The notes below the pieces were generated by a model. The model was not told where the DNA came from. It ran no database searches and saw only the letters and a program-made list of their open reading frames with translations. The position numbers and the translations under genes were made by a program. 55,636 nt of DNA, from contig JALJEE010000664.1 of NCBI GenBank assembly GCA_023231475.1, positions 1-55,636 of the forward strand, given 5' to 3'. Position 1 is the stretch's first letter; every line of letters begins with the position of its first letter. Of the stretch, positions 23,817-35,750 are shown piece after piece. This DNA is from Seison nebaliae (taxonomy: Eukaryota).

Positions 23817-26800
23817 TTGACTGAGAGAACAACGTGCGTATATTATTGGATAAGTTCAAATGTTGTTGAATAAGAAGAAATACAAATTCAATTTCAATTT
23901 TAAAATTATTTACAAGCGTCTACCTTATCCAATAATTTCATATTAATGTCCTTGCTCATTCGATGCATTCGTTAACACAGTTCATTGAATATTGACTACA
24001 TTCGATAAGGAACAAAAAAGCATTTCTTTTCTTTAATAAGAATAGTATGTTATTTTTCTTTTCGATAGAATAGCCGCTTATATGCTCCCCATTAGTGTCG
24101 ATGTTATCTGTTCAATTGGTTGAAAGTGAATGACGAAAGAGAACTGTATAATGAGCGAAGGAATGAATGAGAAAGAAGAAACATGTTTTCTTCCCAGAAC
24201 ATTTTTTTGCTATTATGCTCCGTATCTATGCATTAAGCGAATGATGAAAATATAGTTGGATTCTCTATCGAGTTATCCTTGACTAACAAAAAGAAGAAGA
24301 AGAAGGAATATAGTAAATTTAATTCTAGTACAGTTAGGTATGTTCCACAATAACGAACTAAGAGAAACAAAATTGGTTATGTTATTGATAATTAAAAGTA
24401 ATAAAACAGAAAAAAGAAATTCGCCAAATTATCGTTTCGTATCGAGAATGAGAGGAAATATGAGAAATTTTTAATCAGCTGTATACCATCCATTCAATAG
24501 TTAGACATCATAGAATTACAGAAGAATTATTCGAATGTCGAGTAGAAAAGACGAGTCCAATTCGTTTCAATTAATCAATTTATCGTCATTTGTCGTTTTG
24601 ATTATAAGGGGATGAGTAATGTTTGAAATGTTTTGTTGAAGCATCATACATCCTTCAACTAATCGGATGAATTGTAAATTGAAGATCAATATATCTATGA
24701 TTATTATTTGTTGTTTGTTTGGGTTCGTTATGGATGGAAATTTCAAATTAAATGAATGTGCATTCCAATTGGATAAATCTATGTTATATATTATTGAGGA
24801 TTACTTAATCATCCATCTATTGATTAGAATTATCGATTGGTTTGTAAATGTCGAAGAATAATAGTGGAATGTCGATAAGTTCAAGGTGGAACGAGTATAT
24901 GCTTGCGTTAGATTCATCTAATAGAGAGATGTACGATATTTATCTGAAGATGAATATGAAACGATCAAATCATATTTATCATCAGGTTTCCTTTATTCGA
25001 CGGAAAAGTTTTATGAAAACTTCTTCCTTGTGTTAGCCTTTAATTTGTGGTGGGAGTGGTGGATGGATAGGAAGAATATGTTCTTAATATTCAAGATTGA
25101 AATGAAAAGAAAACAACGGATTATCCCAGAAGCATGTCAACATACATTTTGTACAACAACATTTTATTCATAGAAAACTATTCAATATTCTGACGACCAT
25201 CTCACCTTCATTCATATCGAGAGTGAAAATATTCATTTGTTCATCGTTTCCATTTCCTCTTCACAACATCTTCTCCCTTTCGACAAACGAAAGAAACTGT
25301 TCAAATACATGTTCCCTACCGCTCACTCACTCGTGAAAATGAAGCATTCGTCAATTGTCAAAAAATTAACGATAAATCTCCTTCTCCCTAACAAGACATT
25401 TTGTAAGACAGAAATGTGTGATATCCTTCTAATTCTTTCCTGACTAACATTCTCACAATTCCACAATCATTTTTACGTAGTAGATGTACCTAGTTGTTAG
25501 AACTATTTCGCGATAGAAATCATTCAAAATCAATGAAGAGCAACGAACATATGAGAAAATTTTAACCATCATTTTCCAATCAAGATAACCATCATCGCAA
25601 AAATTGCCATTAGGACCAATAAATAAAAGTTCATTACAACTTAAAATAATTGCTCTTATTGATTGATGTTGTTGTTGTTGATATTGAATATCAGATATTC
25701 TTTGTCATTTAGCTTTGAGAATTTTATCAACATTCCACATTCCATTGTCGTTGATTTGTTGTGAAATATTAAAATTTTATGAGAAATTTATTTCCATTTC
25801 TTTTTTAGAGTAAATTTATTGATCACCACAAAATACTCATGTGAATGATCATCTATTAATTTTACTTCCAATTTAGAAACTTATAAAGATATGGAAATTT
25901 TATCCATTATTCTTAATCTAAATGAATTGATGTATTTGTTAAGGAATTGTTTTTGTATTAATTGATGACATTGAACGATACGATAAGAACGTAATAGAAA
26001 TAGGAGGAAATAATTATGATAATGATCATTATTTTTCGAAGATGATGACAATAATGATCGTCATCCGACAACATTTCTATATTCTGTTTTGATATTTCGC
26101 CGTATTTCTTTTAATTTCAATTATTTCCCATTTCTTTTCGGGGACATCTATTTATCAATTTATCGATGTTTGTTTTCATTTCGAAGGAACATTACCATCG
26201 TGGGATGAATGGAGGATTACATAACTTCATGGAAACAATCAAACGTATAATAATCATGTACTCAACCAGGTCACGATATCTGTTCCATTCCAAACTTTCT
26301 TCACTCTACCTTCAGTTGATGAGAATTGATAAGGCTCTTATTAGAGAAGGCGAAGTCTGCTACTTAAATCAATTTGGATGGTTCATCTATTAAAGTTATC
26401 CTTCTCATCTCGAGAGATTCACGAGGAGAATAGTTATATGAAGATTGATAATCATGAATGAAGAATAAATATTATCCGACATCTCTTCAATTTACACTAA
26501 TAAGAATTGTGGGAAACAGATTTCAAGGAAGTTAACTCCGCTCCATAAGTAGTAACTGTAACTTTTTCCGGATTGTTGATGAAAGATTTCCGCTGCTTCT
26601 TGCCATCCTTAGTCGATTGAAGATGAATTCGCCGCAAAGCGCTAACTTTGTAATATTAATGGAATGTTTCTCTCATTGTTTACCGTTCTACTTACAAATC
26701 TTGTCTGTCAATTTCATTTTTCATTTGTATTAGGACAATTGAGTAGATGAGGAAGTTCAATCTCCATCTTCTTCTATCTCCAGAATGGAAAGACTTATTT

Positions 26801-27787
26801 CTCCGAATGACGATGAGAATGACGATGATATTATATGCAATAACGTTTAAGAATTCGAGAAAATAATTTTTCCTACTTCCCATTTCCTATTTAAGTTTAA
26901 AGACGAGAGAAATCTCCATTTTGTAGAAGGTGTATATTCTGTTAATCTGATTCCATCGTCATTCCACCATCAAGCGAATAGAGTAATTAAAGACGATATT
27001 AATAATTATCTATCAATTCTTGCATGTGAGTGTGAGCACGGACAAGTTCCTTCTCTTTCACATTGACCTCATATAATTACTATTTTATGTCTTGTCTACT
27101 TCTTCCCGGATACTGATATTAATCCATGCTCAACTCAAGAAAAGCACTTGCGGAAGGTGTTTATTATCGATCTCGTGAAATAATTACAATTTTAAATGAA
27201 GGAAGCATTTCCATTAATTCCTATTTTGTTTCTTAGTTTCCAACTTCCGTCTACGTAACTTTTTCTTTTACATTTCCCAAAGTCTATCCACCTCCCTCAC
27301 AATAATATTATTTAAAGAAAAGACCACAACCAATTTAGTTGTGGAGTGAAAATTTTCTGAGAATATTATTTGTCGGACGAATCCTTAATCTCTCAGCAGA
27401 TAATTTCTTTCTGGTTGACTACACTTCTTTCTCCCATTGATAAATATTTAGAAAAACAATTAAGTTCCGTCCAAAATAGCTTTTATTGCTCGGACAGCTT
27501 ATGCAGTAAAAAAGCCGATTCTAAATGAAAAATGTTCACAAATATTCTCCTTCTGCTACGACACCTACAACTATCGAAAAAGTCAGTTATTTTGTTTTTT
27601 CAATTTTCCTGTATGTCACCATCAAATTTGACAACTGTATGACATTTGCGAAAATGAGATAAACTTATTATTATTTACTCTGATCTTTGTTATTTTGAGC
27701 GTGAAACAATATGTTATTTTCATTGAAGATTATTCTCCAATAGATAAATTTTGTATTCGTACAAAAATTCCTTCCTTAATTTCATCC

Positions 27788-27820
<33 letters not shown>

Positions 27821-27822
27821 TA
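27788..27822. repeat. (TAA)n microsatellite
   Basis: About 10 consecutive TAA units. Confidence 0.9.
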
Positions 27823-30800
27823 ATGGTGAAACCATCTTCAAACTAGTGATCAGGTGAATTGAGGGGAAAACTATAAGTGAAGTTAATGGGAAGACTATTT
27901 TTTGATGGTAATGTTTGTTGCTTCTCTTAATAATATGGACAACAATAATATTCCTATTTAAATTTAACAAACTAATACTAGTGAATTGTTGGTATGGTAT
28001 AAATGAATTCCAACATTATGCGAAGTCAGCAGAATATTTAGTTCCAATTTTTTAAAGAAAATTGAGAAATTGAATACACATTCTACTTGAACAATTATCT
28101 CCCCTTAGCTAGAATGGAGAACAATTAAGAGTTCAGTGGTATATAGTTAGGGAAATTATACGAGAGGTTTCTTCCCGATTCCATATGAAAGTCGTTGTTT
28201 TCCCATTAAATCGTTTCGGTTGATCATTAACTAATATTTGCTTCTGGTCGAATAAAAAATTCAGTGAGACTAAATTTAGGATTTTCATTTAAATCATCAT
28301 TTCGACTTCGCTTTATGGTCAGGTTGAGCGAGACCAGAACAATTAATTCGTAGGCAGTCCAGTTTCCTTTGTTGCGGTTGTAGAAACAAAAATTTCTTTC
28401 CAGTAATTATCATCTATTCCACGGGGCCAGAGTGAAATAAACTGTAGAATAGGAAAGGAAGATGGCGAAACGATTTTTATTTATTTATAATCGAGCATCA
28501 GATGTTGTTTCCATTCGAACGAGTAATTTTTAAGGAGAAATAAATTTATTCAATTTGGCTTCATCATGTACATCGTTATTTTTTCCTCTCAAATTCGAAT
28601 GAGAGTTTCAGAAGATTTTTTCGTTTATTTATTTCCTTTGTCTATATAACCTTCTCCTCTTTGTTTTGGGAGATACATGTTGTTTCGTACTAACATTATG
28701 TTAGTAACATATTTCGCTCATCGTCATCGTAAAAATGAGTCAGAATATATATTATTTTTCTGATATGATCAAAGAATTTGTTGTACGTAGTCAATGTGAT
28801 AAGAATTTCATTTGTTTCACTTTCCGTATGATTTAAATGAATATACGAGTTAGTTAGGGACTATTGATTGGAAATAAGAAGCATATGCGAATTGAGAGTA
28901 GAAGTGAAGTTATAAACAATAAAGAAAATAAAAATTTAGAAGATGATTGACAGAATGAAATGAAATTACTTTCAATTTGTCTCAATTAATTTCAGGTCAT
29001 TTGTAATAAGTTCTCCATTGTTTGTTTCTCTCATTCATTCTTTTCTTTCCCCCCCGAATATCCAAGACAATCGTTTCACTTATTTTTCCTCTACTAACAA
29101 AGATGTAATAAGCGATTATCTCAGTCTACCATTTACTCGATCTTTTCTCGCTATATTTCCTTAGATTTCTTTATAAAGTAACTTTCGAAACAATTCGAAT
29201 ATTTTTCTGCTAATTAACTAACAATGTGAGTGAAAAAAATAAGTTTTTCATTTTCAGTTGTTTTTTCCGAATAACATAAGATTATCGACGATGGCGATGA
29301 TGCAATAAGTGATTCCATAAATAATCGAAAATTAGAGATGATGTTGAACGAAAATTCCATATCATATCAGTAAAATGGAATATATTAATAATCACAGATG
29401 TTAATACTTCGATTCATGTCAACACTCGACTTTCATATCTAATGATAACAGGTGGAGATTATGCAATATGGGAAAACTGCATTACATTTAATGAAATGAG
29501 GATATAGTATTTCCATCCATCGATTCATCCAACGATAATGCAGATCAATTGGATACACAAAGGAATCTTATTAATATTTCCATCACATATGGATGATGAT
29601 GAGAAATGGCCAGATGTAATTACCGGTTAGCTATGGCACGTAATCAATGGAACGAAGCAAAAATGTAGATTTCGAGTGAAATGTACTTCTTACCTTCTGT
29701 TGGGAGTGCAAAGTCTATTTCGATATTATTTGCAGACTATATTGCTTCTAATAATTTCCGTCGCACCTTTGTCCGCCTCCATATAATCCTCGACGGCATG
29801 TGCCGCAAACGTATGGAACATTTCGATATTAGAGAATAGAAGTAATTTAATAGTTGAAGAAGAAACGTAATTCTTTCCATTTTACTTCGCTTCGAAGATT
29901 TTCTGGTTAGTTTGTTGGAACGATTTTCATTCTCTCACTGGAGAGAGGATGGAGAAACCACAATATTTCATCGCTTCTTATCTTTCATTCTGTTTTTTTT
30001 TTCTCGACTGAAGATTTATTCAAATTCAAAATTATTTATGACGATAACTTATCGGTTTTATTCTTTTTTATGATAAGAAATAAAAATGAAAACAAATGAA
30101 TTCTCCCACACCATAAAATATTTACATAGTTTAATGTGGATATTATGAATGAAATGATTTATCATCAATTGGCTATTTACGTCATATTGCATCAACAGTT
30201 CCGGGAAAGATATTATACCAAATAGCAACGTAATATTCGGAGTTATCATCATACAAAAAAAGAAGAATTTTCATATTATATCGGTAACATGTTTAATTAT
30301 GAAAATATTCGGTATTTCTTTTCTTCGTTCGTATCCGAATGCAATAATATCCACAACGGAAATTGCTATCCGTTTTATTAAATTCTTTCGTAAAGAAATG
30401 TCCACTGTCCATCTGGAAATCTCGACGAGTGACGTATGAGATATTTTGGATATTTACTTTATGAATTTACTTTTCTTTTTATAGAGTATTGGCAGGACGT
30501 ATTAATGAATCAGTAATCGTATTCGTTCAATCGTGATATTATTCCCAATCATTAGTATTGCCGCAATTTCTCCTGAAAAGAAATTGAATTATTTTCTCAT
30601 TTTCATCAATCAATATGGGAACACTCACTTTAGTAATTAGAAGTTGTAAAATGAACTAATACGAAGCGCGATATCTATTAGCGATTGTACTTAATAGCAG
30701 AAGGCCATCCGAAGTGATAATCCATTCTATTTACTCCCGTAATTGCATTGTTGCCTACAGCACGTTCAATAATCACTTAAGTGGTAAATAATTAACGGAA

Positions 30801-32078
30801 ATTATTTGATGATTGAACTGATAATTTTGAAGTTGTTCAGACAAGCAAATCTCCGCGTATTCTCTCTCCTTCTTCACCAAATCGTGCATTTTGAATATTG
30901 ATACGATTTCGACGCCTCACATAATCAATGCATCAATTAGTCGATTATAATTAAGAATTAACGAGAGTCAAGTAGTTTATGGAATGATCACGAGTAAAAA
31001 GCCGCATATCGTTGAAGGGAAGAGGAGATAATTGGAAATGAAGAAGATGAACGCACGAATGGATAATAGAAAATCGTGATATATTTTGATTGTCTCAAAA
31101 TGACATTTATCCTCAGACATGTATTACTCCCACTCTACGTGGTCGATAGGCGATACTTTTTAGGAGCAAAATCTATCTTCGAGCATTCTCTGTCTTTGTG
31201 AGGAGGGGTATAAATGCGGCTTAATCGATTGGACTGGAATAGTTAGAAAAATAAGGGAACATATCTATCCTTTGCTGACCCCAATTCAACGACATTGGTA
31301 ATTATTTAATATCTTTCCACTTACCTATCATTCTTATACGTATATACATTTATTGTATATTTCACATTTTATCTTTATCCAATCATTAATTTTCACTTAT
31401 CAATCGATATTATAGATTTGTTCGAACAGTTATCTGGACATTTTCCCTCATTCTCATCCATCAACATTAATTTTCCTATTAAAATTTTTAGCAAAATTAA
31501 CTCTTTTATCGATTTTAAAATATCGACCGAAGTCAGTATGAAGTTCATGGTAGGAAATACAACAAAACTATAATTTTCTTGTTCTTTCCAAGAAACTGTT
31601 CTAGCGATAGATGAACGACAAGTCTCAGAGTATCTCAGAACGACATCATGAGTAATACTGATATTTGTATTATTAATATTATCAATGAAGATAAATATCA
31701 TTACCGTAAGAGTCATTTCTCCATTCGAAATAAAAGAGATACTACTGCTTAATAGCTAATCCATCTTATTAGAATTATTCTCATTAAAAGTCAAATGTTT
31801 TTCCTATTCTTCATTTCATAAATGGATAAGCGAAAAGTCTGGTGCTTCAGGATGTTTATAAATCATTCGCCTCATCTTTTCTATTTGTTGATTCGTATCA
31901 TGTGCAATATGTCATTCCCCATCATTTTTATTACAATGAATGATTAATGTTCTGATCTGCTAATCAACGTTAGTCATCTGTCTATCTAACATCATCTTAT
32001 TTCTCCTCTAAAATCAATGAAACGTTTCTGATCATTCTTTTTCTTTCTTTCGTTCAATTACAGAAGTATGAGAGAATA

Positions 32079-33978
32079 ATGTTGAACATTGCCATCGTTT
32101 CCATATTTTCCTTCCTAATTATCTGCAACTTTTATGGAACGAAGGGTTTTAACGACATATTTATTACCGACGACCTTTTCTACGATGAATTATTTATGCA
32201 AAATATTGACGAGTCAGCAAAAGAACAAAACTTACTGATTCGATCGCCATCACAAAAATGTTGATATAAATTCCATCATCTCTTACCTAACTGTTAAATT
32301 GTAGACCCAATATTTCAACCAAGTTGTGAGATAATTAAAATAAGATCTGGTCGAAATGTAATTCTTCCATGTGTCGTCGAAAGCGAAGAGTCGACATCGG
32401 TTAATTTTCAGTCGATGACATTTAAAAATAAGTTAATTTTTCTTCGCAACAGGTCACTTGGCTACGACAAAGTGATGGATTGGTTCTTACCGTTGGAAAG
32501 GAGAAGATTACACCCAACTCTAAATATAACATACTTTATGAAAATCAACAAACAAAGAGTTTGAAAACTTACCCTAATATGCGGAGATTGGAAGAAATTA
32601 ATGAATCTGAATTGAATTTCCATATGAAACGAAGTCGAAAGATGAATACAATCAGGGAGAAATGGAATTTATCGATAAAGGATATTCAAGAAGATGATGG
32701 TGGTTATTATATTTGCCAAAGTGATTGGAGAATAGACAATAACGTTAAAGACAAATTTTCTGATAATGAATGTGCAACACCGAGAATGCAAAAAATTGTG
32801 AAACTTGAAGTATTAAGTTCCCATTGATTCCATTCTTTTAATTGAATTTAATTGTTGAATATTAGCACCACCAAAATTTGTGGAAAGCAAAACAACCGCC
32901 GATTTGCCAAATTACGTAAACTTAACGGAACAATTAATTATTTCCTGTGCAGCTGGCGGTTTTCCATCGCCTACAATTCGATGGTATCTCAAAGGAAGTA
33001 ATTCGAGAAATGTACTAAGAAATCTCGGAAATTACACAATTTATAGTTTATATTGAATTAAATATTTTAAATTAATCTTATAATAGACGGTATCGAAATC
33101 ATCCAAATGATGACTAATAAAACGGATAGTCAATTAATATTTAGACATATTCGACCCAATGTTATCGACAATATTGAATGTCGAGCAGATAATGGTATTT
33201 CACCGTCGATCTCAAGAAGATTATTCTTTCGATTTGATTGTTTGTTTTTCTTTGAGTAAATTTATATTCAATCGTTTATATCAGATAAACCAATCGTTTG
33301 GTCTAATCCAGAAACTTTATACAGTTTGGTGATCGATAACGACGATCATCGCACTGTAAATTTAGAATGCAGAAGTTCCTCATTTCCATCTTCGAAACAG
33401 ATAGTTTGGATTAAACATGAGAATCATACGTCTTATGGAACATCTCTTCAAATAACAGAAAGCGATCGACATATAATTAACAATCGTAAATTGAATGCAC
33501 ATACCTTGATTTCAAAATTGATGATTTTAGTTCGTCTCCAGTTCTTATGTGACATGATTAAAGATTAACTTAAATTTCAGGATGTACAACCAAATGATTC
33601 GGGTTACTATTCTTGCACTGCACAAAACCGAGTAGGTCGGACCAAGAAAATTTTTCGAGTATTCGGTTTTTATTCTTTTACCGTCTCCTGTTTTTCTCAA
33701 CAATTAATATTTCAGTAACAAAGATATCTAGAAAAATTGTGGAATCGGGAAAACCGTTGAAAAAACCGTTATTCAATTATCAATTGGAGAGGAATGGAGA
33801 ATCGTTATTCAATCATCCGAACGATATAAACCGAATTAAGAGAAAAGAACAAATGTATCAACAAATTCGCGAAAGGAACTTACAGACTGCATTATATTCT
33901 TCTCGATCATCCTCCAATTTACCTTATTGTCTTCTCTTATTTTTCTTCCTCATATTATCTCAAAAGTATTTATTGTAA
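32079..33978 (+). CDS. Three-Ig-domain, probably GPI-anchored adhesion protein (lachesin/DIP/IgLON-like), 8 exons
   Basis: Signal peptide; Ig1 GRNVILPCVV..VTWLRQSDGLVLTVG..WNLSIKDIQEDDGGYYICQ; Ig2 ISCAAGGFPSPTIRW..ECRADNGISPS; Ig3 LECRSSSFPS..IVWIK..DVQPNDSGYYSCTAQNRVG; hydrophobic tail SSNLPYCLLLFFFLIL; seven in-phase GTT..AG introns. Confidence 0.85.
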
Positions 33979-34147
33979 ATTTCTTTTATTAAACAGTTTA
34001 AATTACAGAGAACACTATTCGAAACAAACAACTAAATTAACTTTCTCATTAAAAGAGAAGTATCTAATATGAAAGAATCTAAATTAAAGACAAAAATAAT
34101 TAAAACACATTAAATATAATACTGATAAGTAGACTATCCGTCAATAT

Positions 34148-35434
34148 TCACATTCGCCTAGAATACTTTCTGACCTTATAAAAATTTTCGTCACCATCAT
34201 CATCATCATCATCGTCATAATCAGTTCGATGATGTTTCCTCTTGAGTTCTCCTGGAGAGAGAAGATTTACTAAATATATCCAGTGCTCATAACTAACAGC
34301 GCTCCTCAGACCGTGCAGCATAGCTACAAATAACGGTTTCAATTGTGTCAAGTGATATGGAACGCGTCTAAAGAATTTAAAATATCTTGGGTAATGATCT
34401 ATCAATTTCCTAGCTGCCATACGCGATCGTAAATTTCTGCAGAAAAAGAAAACAATTTCTGGCTCAACTTCCAGGAAGGTATCGAACATTAATATCAATG
34501 TTTCACAAAAATCAACGTTCTGCCACAAACTATATAATCTATTCTTCAACACTTCATTTTTCCTTGCGATCATATTTTCCCGTCGATAAATATGATTATA
34601 TATCTCGATCTCTACATCATAAAGTTTGTAAAAGTAATAATTTGCGTCCAAGCCATAATCAATCAATGTTGGAAGTTTATAAACGATTCCATTTCTTGCT
34701 CTGTAATCAGTTTGAATGATATTTTGAGGATGAATATCACCATGAGCATTAGCGATGTTACGTAATTGATCACCACGTCTAGTGTATGCGAAATTGTTCA
34801 ATGTAAAATGAACTGCTTGCAACTGTTTCAATAAGATAATGAAAAAGACCAAAAATTGCTTTAAACTATATCCAATGGTAAGCAGAGGAATACCTTTTTT
34901 TAAATGTTCTCCTTGAACATAGCTCATAGTAATACATTGTTTGAATAACGGTTCTGTAAATCTTACACCTGCGCTCGTTATGTCCGTATGTTGCATATTT
35001 GTTCGATCTGAAGATAATCCAAGTACTTGCAACTGCGGTAATAATGGAATTGGGTGAAGTTGTTTCCCCAAGAGAGCATTAACCTCGAATAAAACTATAT
35101 CGGGGGAATCTGTAACCTTTACAACTGCTGTAATTCGATCTTGTATACTTAATGCATAGGCAGAACCCTGAGCACCTTTACCTAATTTATGCCTAATGTA
35201 TTGCTCATTGCCTCTTGGATATAAACGATCACCCCGTTGTAACTTATCTGCGACATCCAGTACACGTGCAGTACAATAATCTGCATGATGCCTTGTCGGA
35301 AGTGTGTTTATTTCATATACGTATCCTGTCTCGACTATAAGATTAGCCATTATGGAGGCTCTCTTCATAAGAGTTGGATTAAGTTTTGAGTCATACTTAG
35401 CGAAGAAACAAATTAAAAAACAAACAAGTAACAT
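34148..35434 (-). CDS. Atypical protein-kinase-fold protein with N-terminal hydrophobic peptide, paralog B, intronless, 428 aa
   Basis: LGKGAQG, AVVK, FEVNAL, HGDIHPQNI, LIDYG, WQNVDF; N-terminus MLLVCFLICFFA; poly-Asp near C-terminus. Confidence 0.85.
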   Translation of the reverse strand: MLLVCFLICFFAKYDSKLNPTLMKRASIMANLIVETGYVYEINTLPTRHHADYCTARVLDVADKLQRGDRLYPRGNEQYIRHKLGKGAQGSAYALSIQDRITAVVKVTDSPDIVLFEVNALLGKQLHPIPLLPQLQVLGLSSDRTNMQHTDITSAGVRFTEPLFKQCITMSYVQGEHLKKGIPLLTIGYSLKQFLVFFIILLKQLQAVHFTLNNFAYTRRGDQLRNIANAHGDIHPQNIIQTDYRARNGIVYKLPTLIDYGLDANYYFYKLYDVEIEIYNHIYRRENMIARKNEVLKNRLYSLWQNVDFCETLILMFDTFLEVEPEIVFFFCRNLRSRMAARKLIDHYPRYFKFFRRVPYHLTQLKPLFVAMLHGLRSAVSYEHWIYLVNLLSPGELKRKHHRTDYDDDDDDDGDENFYKVRKYSRRM

Positions 35435-35750
35435 AATGTAAAAACAATTAGAACAAAAAATTATGCGTGTAGTTTTTCATTTTTCTCTTTTAAGTACAGA
35501 ATCCTATTTCAAATAAATAAAAAATAAAAAAAAAAATTTCTACAATTTACTCTTTGCCATATGGGGATTCCGCGTCTTAATAATAAAAAAATATATACCT
35601 TGTTTTTTTAATGGATTTCTTTGTAATTTTAAAATTATTTTATTATCTCTTAGTTCAGAGCTTCTTTCACAGACAGTTTTCGGATTAGAAAAATCGGCTC
35701 AAATGATAAAATGGATTTTATCATATTGAGATTAAATTAAAAACAGGGGT

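Noticed and set aside
24667..31716. Scattered 60-107 aa ORFs
   Set aside because: Composition of random AT-rich sequence, no motifs, no consistent exon chains found
33028..33087. Possible non-canonical GA-AG intron in the Ig gene
   Set aside because: In-phase GT donors (GTTTAT near 33046, GTAATT near 32998) explain the junction
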